Assembly: GCA_028534125.1 (NCBI GenBank)
Contig: CM052832.1
Location: 17,362,001-17,426,000, forward strand
DNA from: Lama glama
Taxonomy: Eukaryota
Direction: 5' to 3'
DNA length: 64,000 nucleotides
Under the pieces are notes generated by a model. The model was not told where the DNA came from. It worked only from the letters and a program-made list of their open reading frames with translations, and ran no database searches. Shown piece by piece: positions 50,990-63,605 of this stretch. The first letter of the stretch is position 1. Each line of letters starts with the position of its first letter. A program made the position numbers and the translations under genes.

Positions 50990-51505
50990 GGGTGCGCGCG
51001 TGTCGGTGGTGCTCACGATTCGAGGCCCAGAGCCCTAGGGAGGCCGCCGCTGTGCGGGTTCTCGTCCTGGAGGCTGGACGCGTGAACCTGCCCTAGTGAG
51101 GACTGCGACCGACGCGGGCCGATCTGCAATTCCCCTCCAGTCTTCTATCCTACCGGGACCCAAACCCCCATGGCACCTTTTACGGCTTTCTTCTTTTTAT
51201 CCTCCTGCATTATACTCTCGGTTTTTTGGCAACTTTTTAAGCAGTCTTATCCCCGACCTCTTTTTGGGGGCGGCCAGGTGGGACTGTCTCCCTTCAACAC
51301 CCACAGGTGGCGATCAAGCTGGCGTCAGAGAGGGAGACCCGTACTGGGAGACCTCAGGCTTAGACGGGGACTTTCAGTATAATATTTAGTTTTCCTTCTC
51401 CCAACCTAGCCGCGAGAGAGTATTGCGTACGGAAAGATTTCTTTTGTTAATGAGGGAACTATAGTGACGGGTCATAGGAATATTTCTGAGCTTTCTAGGC
51501 CAGGA

Positions 51506-51577
51506 GGGGGTGTAGCTCAGTGGTAGAGCGCGTGCTTAGCATGCACGAGGCCCCGGGTTCAATCCCCGGCACCTCCA
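51506..51577 (+). tRNA. tRNA-Ala(AGC)
   Basis: GGGGGTGTAGCTCAGTGGTAGAGCGCGTGCTTAGCATGCACGAGGCCCCGGGTTCAATCCCCGGCACCTCCA; G3:U70 pair; CTTTT terminator. Confidence 0.98.
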
Positions 51578-51694
51578 CTTTTAAAAAAGTACCTTTTTCT
51601 TTCTGAATCATTCCTGGCTTCTTCATCATTTGCTGAAAGTGCACCGCCCGCCTCTTTCCTGGTTCTTTCGTTCTCTTTCAGTTCTTCTCTGCCT

Positions 51695-52056
51695 TTTTGG
51701 GTCTCCTCCCTCCCCTTTAGTACATACTGTGCACCTACATTAACCAGACCTTCTCAGGAGATAACATTCCTTCTTAACCTTGTAAGGGGTCGGGATGACC
51801 CACTACTCACTTTGTACCTACAGATCTGGAGTGTGTAAAACTGTCAATACATCATTTGATTTGTTTGTCAGTGATGTAGGTGTCTCAAAAACTTATATAA
51901 CTGTACTTTGACCTCTAATGAATGAAACAGTCCTCAGAGATTTCTGAAATACTGTCTCCCAGGTTGTAATCCTGCTTATAACCCAGGTTCTTGTTGACTC
52001 AAATAATATTTTCCATTTCTTTCTTAGATTGACCATTGGTTAATTTTTTGTCGCCA
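51695..52056 (+). mobile_element. 5'-truncated ERV LTR (family A)
   Basis: Homologous to the 3' part of 14919-15336. Confidence 0.7.
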
Positions 52057-52208
52057 TATGTTAAGGAGTATGAAGTAATTGTGGTAAAGTGGGGGAAACT
52101 TAGCAAGGCTTGTTTTTTAAGGGTCTTCTTTCTTCTTGGCATTCTTTTGTTTTTGGAGATAAGGATGCTTCCTTTCCTGCATTCGGAGGATACCTCTTAT
52201 AGGTCACC

Positions 52209-53686
52209 TTTTTTTTTTAACTTTTTTTTTTATTGAGTTATAGTCATTTTACAATGTTGTGTCAAATTCCAGTGTAGAGCACAATTTTTAGTTATACATG
52301 AACATACATATATTCATTGTCACATTTTTTTTTCGCTGTGAACTACCACAAGATCTTCTATATATTTCCCTCTGCTATACAGTATAATCTTGTTTATCTA
52401 TTCTACATATGCCTGTCAGTATCTACAAATTTTGAACTCCCTGTCTATCCCTTCCCACCCCTCTCTCCCTTGGCAACCACAAGTTTGATTTCTATGTCTA
52501 TGAGTCTGTTTCTGTTTTGTATTTATATATACATATATTTTAAGATTCCACATGTGAGCAATCTCATTTGGTATTTTTCGTTCTCTTTCTGGCTTCCTTC
52601 ACTTAGAATGACATTCTCCAGGAACATCCATGTTGCTGCAAATGGCGTTATGTTGTTGTCTTTACAGCTGAATAGTATTCCATTGTATAAATATACCACG
52701 TCTTCTTTATCCAGTCATCTGTTGGTGGACATTTAGGCTGTTTCCATGTATTGGCTATTGTAAATAATGCTGCTATGAACACTGGGGTGCAAGTGTCTTT
52801 TTGAAGTAGGATTCCTTCTGGATATATGCCCAGGAGCGGGATTACTGGGTCATATGGTAAGTCTATTCCTAGTCTTTTGAGGAATCTCCATACTGTTTTC
52901 CACAGTGGCTACACCAAACTGCATTCCCACCAGCAGTGTAGGAGGGTTCCCTTTTCTCCACAGCCTCTCCAGCATTTGTCATTTGTGGACTTTTGAATGA
53001 CGGCCATTCTAACTGGTGTGAGGTGATACCACATCGTAGTTTTGATTTGCATTTCTCTGATAATTAGTGATATTGAGCATTTTTTNNNNNNNNNNNNNNN
53101 NNNNNNNNNNNNNNNNNNNNNNNNNNNNNNNNNNNNNNNNNNNNNNNNNNNNNNNNNNNNNNNNNNNNNNNNNNNNNNNNNNNNNGAGATCAAGCCTTTG
53201 TTGGTTTCATTTGCAAAATTTTTCTCCCATTCTGTAGGTTGACTTTTTGTTTTACTTACGGTTTCCTTTGCTGTGCAGAAGCTTGTAAGTTTCATTAGGT
53301 CCCATTTGTTTATTCTTGCTTTTATTTCTCTTGCTTGGGTAGACTGCCCTAGGAGAACATTTTTGAGATGTATGTCAGATAATGTTTGCCTGTATTTTCT
53401 TCTAGGAGGTTTATTGTCTCTTGTCTTATGTTTAAGTCTTTGATCCATTGTGAGTTTATTTTTGTGTATAGTATAAGGGAATGTTCTAGCTTTGTTACCT
53501 TACATGCTGCTGTCCAGTTTTCCCAACATCATTTGCTGGAGAGACTGTCTTTATTCCATTATATATTCTTGCCTCCTTTGTCAAAGATTAGTTGACCAAA
53601 AGTTTGTGGGTTCATTCCTAGGCTCTCTATTCTGTTCCATTGGTCCATATGTCTGTTTTTGTACCAATACCATACTGTTTTGATTC
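52209..53686 (-). mobile_element. Relatively young 5'-truncated L1 (contains a 100-N gap at 53086-53185)
   Basis: Poly(T) at 52209. ORF2 C-terminus IKARINKWDLMKLTSFCTAKET...[38 protein letters not shown] ataggtca(c/a)ctttt at 52199 and 53687. Confidence 0.93.
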
Positions 53687-53960
53687 ATAGGTCAACTTTT
53701 ATAATTCGTTTCAGGGAAGAAAGGTAATGAAGGGAGATAAGAGTGACATTTCTGATTCTGCTGTTGTCTCAGATTCCTTCAGCTTAAAATGTTCAATATG
53801 CCAAATTATGTCATATTTGAGGGTAGCATGACCTGAACTCTGTTGGTAACAAAGTAGAATCTGTCAAAGGAAGAACCAATCTAAACTTTATAGACGTCTC
53901 TAACAATGATATATGTTAAGAGTATATGAAGATTTTGTGGCATAGGTCATATTATCTTAG

Positions 53961-54626
53961 TGTTACCTGAAAACTGGGTTCACCTCTTGGTGGGTATTGA
54001 GACAAAAGACACAACCAATTCAAAGAGGCTGAGAAGGAAGGATTTATTACTTGCAGCAAGTAAGGAGAACACTGGGAATTTTCCTCAAAGCTGTGTCTCC
54101 CCGAACAGCAAAATTAGGGAAAATTTAAGTTAAGGGTGCATGTATGTTCATGAAAATTTAAGTTAAGGGTGCTGAAGAGAATTCAGCATAGAACTGGGGC
54201 AAAGACTGACAGAGTCCAGGCTCTAGTTGACTGAAATCACAAGGGTTCAGAAAAGGCCAACATCTCCATTCCTTAGGTTCCAGTTAGTTTGGTGGTTGAG
54301 CAGTAGAAAGTGTTTGGTTCCTGCACAACAGCTCAAGAAGGTGCTTCAGGCTAATCTTTGTCTTTGAGACAGAAATGGGAGTCTGTACCACTGATATATG
54401 GTCTCTGATATGGTTAAGTTATTTCCCTGGCCTGGTAATAGCTCTTTGTTCTTATATTCTTTTGTTCCCTTAAAACCATTAACTACAGAGACTTTCTTCT
54501 GCAAGCGCAAGCATTGCAGTCAGGCTTAGATCACAAAATGACTTAGGCCTAAAATGGCTTCTCTTATGTCGACAAAGTAATACCTGGTTCTCTTTCTCTG
54601 CGGACCCCCTACCCTATCTGAGTACA
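53961..54626 (-). mobile_element. Solo ERV LTR
   Basis: TGTTA...GTACA with TTAG TSD. Confidence 0.7.
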
Positions 54627-54633
54627 TTAGGAC

Positions 54634-54961
54634 TGTTAAATTAATTAAACAAACAGGCCAATAGACTGAAGTGGCACTAATACCTACACAAGCAAACTAA
54701 AACTAAGCCTGTAAATGCTTCAAGCTTACAAAATAGAAACAGTTAGGACAACCAATCACAAACAGCCAACTAGGCTTTATGCTATAGTCACGCAAATAAT
54801 TTTCTTTCTTTGCTTCTTCACCTTTTTTTGTATGTCTTTCCCTTAGTTCTCATTAGAAGAGCTCGCCTAACAAATTCTGGTTTGGCACCGTCTGATTTGA
54901 GTTGATTTTTGCTCAGATACTCTTATGAAATTTTAAAGGTGCCTCAGTTTATCTTTTAATA
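54634..54961 (+). mobile_element. Solo ERV1-class LTR (MER34-like)
   Basis: TGTTAAATT...gcctcagtttatcttttaata with GGAC TSD. Confidence 0.72.
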
Positions 54962-55371
54962 GGACTAAAAGAATCTGGGGCAAAAGAAACTTCTGAAAAC
55001 TTGAAAATGTTCATTTTAAAAAACATGAATTCTCACTTTCTCAGAGTTTTGAGAATAAGGACAATGAGATGTATGTTTTAATGGGAGAATCTTAAGAATT
55101 TCACCTCTAAAGTGGATTTCTCTGTCAATTAAGAGTGCTGAAGGTATTTCCCAAGTAGAGAAATAAAATCTGTAAACTTTAAAAAATATCATATCTTGGT
55201 ACCAGAACTGTTGCCTCAGCCACACTCTAGGTGCTCAACAGCCACTTGTGACTTATAACTACTGTCTAGACAGCATGGTTATACAACATGTCTATTGCTG
55301 TAAAAAAGTTCTATTTGACAACATTAAGTTAAAGGATCAGTCTTCTGCAAGAGAAAGCTTCAATCCAACCA

Positions 55372-56036
55372 AAAATTATACAGTTTTACTTTTGAATATG
55401 TTATTGAAATGTATTTAATTTTAAAAAATTTGGACAACTGAGTGAAATCTATTTGTAAATATCCAAATGGTCCTTGAGGTAGAGCATTGAAGCCTTGCCA
55501 TAACTTTAGTTTTCTTTGTGGCGGGCATACGATAAATACACGTAGAAAAGATTCAACTACTCAAAAATCCTCTTGGACAAAGTTTTCCTAACAATAACTT
55601 TGAAAAGTTTGGAGGAATTTGTCCTTGCCATGAGTACTTTCATGTAATATAAGTATCAAAGTTTTGGAGATTGACTTAGGCATCACCAGATGGTCATCTT
55701 GGAAACACCAAAGTCCTTTGCTAAGTATGAGAGTTTTGAGATGACAATATCTTTCTGTAATGGTAGATTGTTGCTTTTGAATATGTCCTTCTGGATTCTT
55801 AAAATCACACCTAGAAACTGTTTTTACAATACCAGTAATAGCTGTCTAGGGCCTTTACTTTAGTTTCAAAAGTTCTACCTTTAGAATAGAATTCAATAGT
55901 CGTAACTGAGCTATTTTTCAGATGTTGATTTTCCCATAATAAATCATTAAATTTTTCCAATTTTTAATTGAGGCTCCCAAGACAGTTGAAAATCTCCTTG
56001 TTTCTATATTATAACATTCCAAAATCACAAATCACC
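55372..56036 (-). mobile_element. Degraded class I ERV pol fragment (RNase H - integrase)
   Basis: Manual translation: DFGML, RRFSTVLGASIKN, IEFYSKGRTFETKVKALD (RNase H end), GLWCFQDDHLVMPKS...LHESTHGKDK (integrase zinc finger), PQGPFGYLQIDFTQL (integrase core start). Confidence 0.8.
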
Positions 56037-57819
56037 TGAAGTCTTATGTTATTGCTGTCTGTAAATTTTTTTCTTTCATGTTTTAGTTGAAAATAGCTGT
56101 CTAGTACCAAGTATAGTACATGGAATCAGTGATTTTTCTCTTCTCAACCAAATAATTTTACCTTTAACCTTCAGTCCTGATTTTCAGTACAGGCCCAGAG
56201 ACACAGAGGCTCAGACTAAGAGAAACAGACCCTTGAACTTCGGGATCCCATATTATCAAAGCCTCTGATCTGTTCCATACTATTATTTTGTTTCTCAGAA
56301 CTTCACAGGGTCCCCTGAGGCTAACAGATTCAGCATAAAGTCGAATGAGAAGAGCTTATTTTCAAATACATAAGGATTCTGACACAAAAGAGGGACATTT
56401 TTCCTCCAATATCAAATATGTAAACATATTTTGGGAACATTTATGGAGAAGGAGTGGGCACTGGTTTTCAGTGGTCCTGAAGACTCTATCTAGTGTCCTC
56501 ACCTGCAGGGGTGCCTCTTAAGCTGTTTTCAGAAGGCCACCAGACAGTCAGTCATGGCAGATTAATCCCATATTGGACTCTCTGTCACAAGAAAATGGAC
56601 ACATGGCAGATACCTAATTGTTACCTTGTGGTGTTGTCACTCTCACTGCAACATGGCAGCCTGAGGGTGCCTTTGGATCATCTCACCCACCATGGGTGAG
56701 GGAGCATTGAAAAGAGAGTGCTGAAATATGACTTGAGCCCAGACAATGGCAAATGCTGAAACCAGACCATCCTAAAACACTGGACCATCATAAAAATAAA
56801 GATCAATTTATTTTTACGGCAATTAGAAAGTCTTGATGGTCCTCTGAAAGTGCTCATCTAACTTTGTATATCAAGGTTTTCTTTTCCTTCTCTCATGGAG
56901 GAAAAATTGTGTGAGAGCACATACATTAAAACATTAAAAATTGTCTACTTTATTAGTGTCTGGATTACCTTGGGGCAGAGTGGGTTGCAAAAAGTGGTTC
57001 TTGATCTGATGCCAATCTGTGATTAAATTCTCATTCCTGTGCACAGGAAAGAAAAAGAAAAAGACAGTATAGTGAGATCTTCACAAAACTATACTTATAC
57101 AACTCAAAGGAAAGAACCTTTATTCTTTGATGATGTATTTTCTACTTTTTTATATAAAAAGTCACGGGTTAAGGAGATGAAACTACCCTGAATGATGCTA
57201 TAATGGTAGATACATGTCATTGTACATTTGTCAACTCACAGACTGTTCACCAAGAGAGGACCCTAATGTAAACTATAGACTTTGGGTAATGATGATATAT
57301 CAATTTCATTTAGGTTCATCAACAGTAACAAATACACCACTTTGGTGTGAGATGTTGACAGTGGGAGACACTGACTGTGTGGGTTGGGGCAGGAAATATA
57401 TGGGAACTCATGGTACTTTTTACTCAGTTTTACTGTGAATTTAAAATTGCTCCATCATTTTGCAACATATACAAATATCAAACCATTATGTGTATGCCTG
57501 AAACTATTATAATGTTACATGTCAACTCTTACCTCAACTTAAAAAATTCTAAAAAAATTAAATTGCTCTAAAAAATAAAGTCTATTTAAAAAAAGTTCCA
57601 GTTTAGATGAAGTGATGGTGAGAGTGTATGGTAAGACATTTTTCCTAAAAGCCTTCATTTTAAAACATGTGTAATTAAATTGATGCATAATTATGCATAC
57701 AAGATAGAAATAAATGAGGGAAACAACTAGATGGACTCTAGTGAGTCTGAACTCTCACTTCCTGACTCACACACAAGGCCAGAGATATACTACTTAAACA
57801 ATGAAGACAAAATTTAAAA

Positions 57820-58185
57820 ATTATTAAAATGTAGTTGATTTACCATGTTAGTTTCATGTATACAGCAAAGTGATTCAGTTATACATCTACATACATATTC
57901 ATATTTTCTTCTCAGATTCTTTTCCATTACAACTCATTGCAAGAAACTGAATGTAGTTCCCTTTGCTATACAGTAGGTCTTTGTTGTTTATCTATTTTAT
58001 ATATAGTAATGTGTGTTTGTTTATCCCCAACCCCTAATTTATCCGTTTCTGCCCTTTCCCCTTTGGTGATCATAGTGTGTTTTCTATGTCTGTGAGTCTG
58101 ATTTTGGTTTGTACATAGAATCTGTATCTTTTTTTGGATTCCACATATAAGTGGTATCATATGATATTTGTCTTTGTCTGACTTA
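57820..58185 (-). mobile_element. L1 3'-end fragment
   Basis: DKDKYHMIPLICGI on the minus strand plus L1 3'UTR motifs. Confidence 0.8.
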
Positions 58186-59412
58186 TGAAGACAAATGTGA
58201 TCAGTCTGCAATAAGTGCACTTTAAATATTTAAGTGAAATAACATTTCCTTCTTATTTCATTTTTTCAACAATTCATTCCATTAATAATGCTGGCAGTTA
58301 ATTACACAGAAATAAATACAGCATTGTAAATTAAAAAAATTTTTTTAAATCCTTAAAAAAGTTGGCAATTATTGAGATGAAAATGAGAACACTTTTCTCA
58401 GGTTTTAGACAAGAGCATAACACTGCATATTTATAAAAAGTCTGCAGTATGAAGGGGTAGCCTAGACATAAGATACCGAATTATATCTCTAACACTCTTT
58501 ACAAAAAAAAAAACAGACATAGGTTTGGACTTGAATGTCCCAGTTTTTTTTCTTTTCTTTTCTTCAAATCTCAGGGGTGCTATTTACCATTATGGTTAAC
58601 ACTTTGGAATCAAACAGCTGGATTTGAGCCTGACCTTTCTTACAGGTGTAGGTATAGGCTCCCTCACACCCTCAGAACATGAGTATATTCCATAGACCTG
58701 GCGTAGTGGGTTCAGCTGGTATTTAGGGCTGCTGATTCTAGCTTTCAATTATGGGAAGTGAAGATAGGACTTCGTTCTGTTACCTGTGGCTCTGTTGGTG
58801 TATGGGGCTGGAAGGGAGAGGCTCAGAGCCTCAAAAAAGGATGCGGTTAGTGAACCAGTGCACCTGTGTGGAGGGTTTTACAAAGAGTTAATGTCCATCA
58901 CAGGTGTAACCCTACTTAAATGGCTTCCCTGGCATTCTCCTCCGGAGGACTAGTCTACCCGAAACGGGGAGCGATCATTGTCCACGCATTTGACCTTCAG
59001 TCTTCTCTCTCCTTCTGGAACTAATATGGCCTCTATTTCTGTATTCCCCGCATTATACTCTGTGGCTTTCTGGCAGCCCTTTAAAGCAGCAAGGAAAGAG
59101 GAAAGGAGAGAGTGAAGACAGAAGAGAATGTTTCATCCCGGTCTCTTCTAACAGCAGCGGGGAAGTGACTCAAGACTGACAGGGTCAAGAAGGTCCCGGG
59201 ACCACCAGTGGAGGCTTTCAGTCTAAAATACAATTTACTCTTCTTTCAGCAAAGCGTGACATAGGACCTAGATTTAGGACCTAGATTTAAAGTTTTGGAA
59301 ATCAGCGAGATTTAGGTAGATTAGACATTAGCTTGATATTAATTCTTGCAAAACCTACCCAAAATGGCTGTGTTGTGTCTTGAACATATTCCCGAGGGTG
59401 TAATTGTGTCAA

Positions 59413-59484
59413 GGGGGTGTAGCTCAGTGGTAGAGCGCGTGCTTAGCATGCACGAGGCCCCGGGTTCAATCCCCGGCACCTCCA
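59413..59484 (+). tRNA. tRNA-Ala(AGC)
   Basis: Identical to 51506-51577; CTTTT terminator. Confidence 0.98.
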
Positions 59485-59968
59485 CTTTTGAAAATCCTTT
59501 AAAATTTCCCCCAACATTTTTACTTTTTCTTGCTCGAAAAGAAAGTAAACCTATTTACAACAGTTTGCTATTATTATTAGTGCTGCCCGGCTTCTACTCC
59601 TCGGCTTTGGCAGCACCCAGGTGGCTGCACAAGCAAAGGGAGTAAAAGACGTTACGAGGAGACAAAGTCTTGGTTTGCTCAGCAGCTGGAGATTCGGAAC
59701 AAAAAGCACGTCACCAAACTGACAAGCTCTTTTGCCTTCGGTTCCATTTTGCAGTATTATTAATAAAGCAGGAAAGAAGAGATAAAGATAGAAAGATTTA
59801 ACAAAAGAAAAACATAGAGTCTCAAGCCAGTTTTTTTTAGTTTGGTTTGTTTTCTGACCCGTGTTGGCCATGATCAGACTGCAGGTTGCGAGGAGAAAAG
59901 ACGAGCGATCCAAAATGAGAACCTGAGAAATTTATTTTCATCAATGGATGTGGAGAAGTCACACTTCG

Positions 59969-60042
59969 GCCGCAATAGCTTCATTGGGAAATAGATTGGG
60001 CTGAAGATGTAAAACATCACGGATTAATTTTCAGTTTTGTTC
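59969..60042 (+). pseudogene. Decayed tRNA-Phe(GAA) pseudogene
   Basis: GCCGCAATAGCTTCATTGGGAAATAGATTGGGCTGAAGATGTAAAA... is collinear with the Phe gene at 2670 (GCCGAAATAGCTCAGTTGGGAGAGCGTTAGACTGAAGATCTAAAG). B box destroyed. Confidence 0.7.
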
Positions 60043-60120
60043 TGTCTTTACTCTTCTCCGAGAATAGAACTTAATTAGATAACTTAGATGATTTATAGAA
60101 ATGATTTTACCTAAGATTAT

Positions 60121-60135
60121 TGCGCCCTCTATCGG
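60121..60135 (-). promoter_or_regulatory. Candidate CTCF motif
   Basis: Reverse complement CCGATAGAGGGCGCA. Confidence 0.5.
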
Positions 60136-61342
60136 AAAGGATTTGTCCATACCCTTGGTCAAGTGTGGTCCTTGGACCAAAAAGAATTGGTACCTGAGAG
60201 CTTGTTAGAAATGCAGGATATCAGCTCCACCCTAGACCTACTGAATTAGAACCAGCATTTCAGCAGGATCCCCAAGTGTTTCCTTTGCACATTAAAGTTG
60301 GAGAAGCACTGGTTTGAGTGCTGTGATATGAATTAAGAGGATATATATTATAAATTTATGGATGTATTTTAATTTTTTCCAACTTCCTATTCTAATGTAG
60401 AAAAACAATTGCAAAAAAATGTATTTCTATTGCTGAACCATTTTTGTGTTCTAATAATTAACGCTGTTTCCCCTCTCATGGTAATAAGATTTTTATGAAT
60501 ATTTTTGGATCAATATGCATAATTGAATTCAATATGATGTTTTTCTTTTAAATAAAAAATTTGCAATTTTTCAATCAAGACTGTGCTTATTTCCAAAATG
60601 AACTAGGAATTTTGTATCTTTATTTCTGCTCAGCAACATTTGAAGTAGGATAAAATCTTTCTCAAGTTAAAATGTCTTGGCTTTGGGATTTATCTCTTCA
60701 AAGAAAGATTCAGTGCGAGCACACAAGAGCCAGACTTTCTGTAGTAGGAGCAATAAATCATTTTCTGTTCTGTTGACATATTTTCTCTCTTGTTTTCAAA
60801 GTACCAGTTTTACAATGTCTTTTTGCCACTTGTATCCACTCTTGTCAGGAGAAATATATTCACAAATCTCCACACTTTTTTTGTGGAATCTGCTGTTTAG
60901 TTCACGCCTTGAGCACTGCTCTCCTAGACTATTCTATGAACCTTCTTAGCTGCCTTCAGGATGTAATGAAAATAAATAGCCTGTTAGGAATGAGTGGTTG
61001 AATGAATTGCTGGTGGTTTTTGTTTTCATCTGGAGTTTTTCCATTAAAATCTTGCCCTTAACTTCCCTATGGAGCCAACAGCCAATAACAAGAAGTGTTT
61101 TATCCAAGAAAAATATCAATTTTCTGACACAAGTTTTCGATATATTTCGTTCCAACTTCAAGTTTTATTTGCTAAAAAATCAGTATCCCTCATAGCTCCC
61201 TGGGGTCCTCTATCTTAAAGTAGTCACAATTCCTGCTCCAACACCCAATGCTGCTAAAAACAAACAGAAATTGGGGAGAGGCCCAGAGAACAAAGTGAGA
61301 TATTTCATGGAAGACCTCGACGCGAAATCCTCGCTCGGGGCG

Positions 61343-61414
61343 GGGGGTGTAGCTCAGTGGTAGAGCGCGTGCTTCGCATGTACGAGGCCCCGGGTTCAAT
61401 CCCCGGCACCTCCA
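61343..61414 (+). tRNA. tRNA-Ala(CGC)
   Basis: GGGGGTGTAGCTCAGTGGTAGAGCGCGTGCTTCGCATGTACGAGGCCCCGGGTTCAATCCCCGGCACCTCCA; TTTT downstream. Confidence 0.97.
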
Positions 61415-61704
61415 GCCTTTTGCTGGCCTTTCTTACTCCTTAAAACGTGAGATTTGAGCCGTTTCCTTCTTGATACTTTTACTTATTGCCTGCTCACAAG
61501 AAAAGTAAATGACCGAAGACATTAGTTTTTATGCTGCACTATTGAGACTTCGTGAGCCTCAAAATCACTCAAGGTAGCTGGCAGAGCAGAAGTTTACGAA
61601 GTGTATTAGTGTCGAATGGAGGCTATAGCAAATTATCATTAACTTTGAGGCTTAAAACGACAGAAATTTATTCTTCTAACTTTCTGGAGGCCAGAAGTCC
61701 CTCA

Positions 61705-63285
61705 TAATCTTTTCATTTTACACTTAAGTAAATAGCTCTTACGAATAGGGACATTTCCTTACCACAGCACAGTTATCAAATTCAGGAAATTTACCAGTGA
61801 TTTAAATTATTTTCTAATATATAGTGTATATTAACTTTAACTAATTTTACCAATAAAATCCTTTATAGAAATTTCTCTCCCAAACTTGGATCCATTCCAG
61901 AATCATGTATGAATTTAGCTACTCCTTAGTCTCCCTTAATCTGGAATAGTTTCTCAATCTTGTCTTTCAGGAGGTTGACATATTTTTAAAGAGCACATGC
62001 CAATTATTTTGTAGAATGTTCTTCAATTTATATTATGATTAGACTAGATTCAGGTTAGAAATATTTGGAATATCACAGAAATGATGTTTCCCTCTATCAC
62101 ACCAAGGAGCATGTGATGGCAGTTTTTCCCATTACTAGTGATGTTAGCTTTGATGACTTGGTTAAAGTTGTGTCTAACAGGTTTCTTCCCCTGTAAAATT
62201 ATTGTTTTCCCTTTTCTAATTAATAGGTAATCTGTAAGGAAATACTCTGAGACAATATAAGTGTTCTGATCCTCATCAAACTTTTATCTCTGTTTTTAGC
62301 ATTAATTTATGAATTTCCCCAGAGTCTATCATTATTCCGATGGTGGCTAAATAATTTTGTAACTTTATTATTACATCTGCATTTATTAATTAGCATACCA
62401 GTGTAAGGAAATTTTTCCCATCTTCTATATTTATTCATTTAAGTATCCAGGGGTTATAACCATTTATTGTCATCATTCGTCACAAAGTGCCCCAGATTTG
62501 AACCATAAGAGGCCCTTCAAGTTGGCTTCTGGATTTTTTTGAATTGTGCCCATGATTTCAAGCACTTATATTCCAGCACAGAAAGGTATCTTAGTTTCCT
62601 CTTGTACTTCCCTTGGTCCAGTAGTGGAGTCTGTGAGTCCTACAAGTAACGCTGGTTCCTTTTAGTGGGAATGAAAATCAAGATATGGGGCTAGCATTGC
62701 TTATTGTTACTGAGGTATTGTTTTTCTAGGCCCTATTAGCAGACAGATCGGGGGGGATTATATATAAATATATATATATATATATAACATGTATATATAC
62801 ACACACACACACGGACACACACACACACACGGACACACACACACATTTCCCATCCAGAGCCAACAGGCCTATTCCTTCCACAGTGAGAGCCCTGAATTCC
62901 AACATCAATATGCATTCACGTTCCTAATCACACAAAAGTAAGTTCACGTAGACAAAAATAAATCAAATTCATGCAAAATATCAGAATTGCTATACCCTTA
63001 ACACTGCAAAAAATAACCCCACTACATAAATGTTACAGTTTGTTTACTTTTTTTTCTTCTAGTCTTTATGATTGGGACGAAGTACTGTATAAAACATTTA
63101 CTTGGATTTGTTCTTTCTTTTTCTCTTCAGTGTATTTATGCTATCTTTTTGAAATGGAGTTAGATTTATTTCTATTCATATTCAACTTTAGAGTATTTTT
63201 GCACACACTTGAGTTATTTTTATTTTTTGACTATGCCGAACATTAATGTATCCAAGAGTCAAAATAATACAGACAGTAATATTCA
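61705..63285 (-). mobile_element. Ancient L1 (L1MC/MD-like) 3'UTR fragment containing a (TA)n(CA)n microsatellite at about 62760-62845
   Basis: ttagtctcccttaatctggaa, tagattcaggtta, ccattactagtgatgttagctttgat...ttggttaa motifs. Boundaries approximate. Confidence 0.6.
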
Positions 63286-63605
63286 GAAAGATTGAAGGAG
63301 GATGTTGTGTTCCGGGACTCTCCAAGTGATGGAATGGAAGCACTTGCGAAGCAATCTAATCTGATGGGAAACCGACTTCGAGGTGGGTTGATCATGAGCT
63401 GACCACAAATCAGAAACAATGGCTTTCTTTCTACCATTAAGGTTTCTCCCAGAGTAGCAGTGTTTGAAAGAGGACGTAATGCAGGGAGTTTAGAAATAGC
63501 AGAATTGAATTTAAGATGACTTTGTCTTGATAAGTCAGTGGTCAAAGACTGAATGGCAGCCACTAGAGGGTCACAGAAAGTCTTTTGAGGGACTTGTAGA
63601 ACCAA

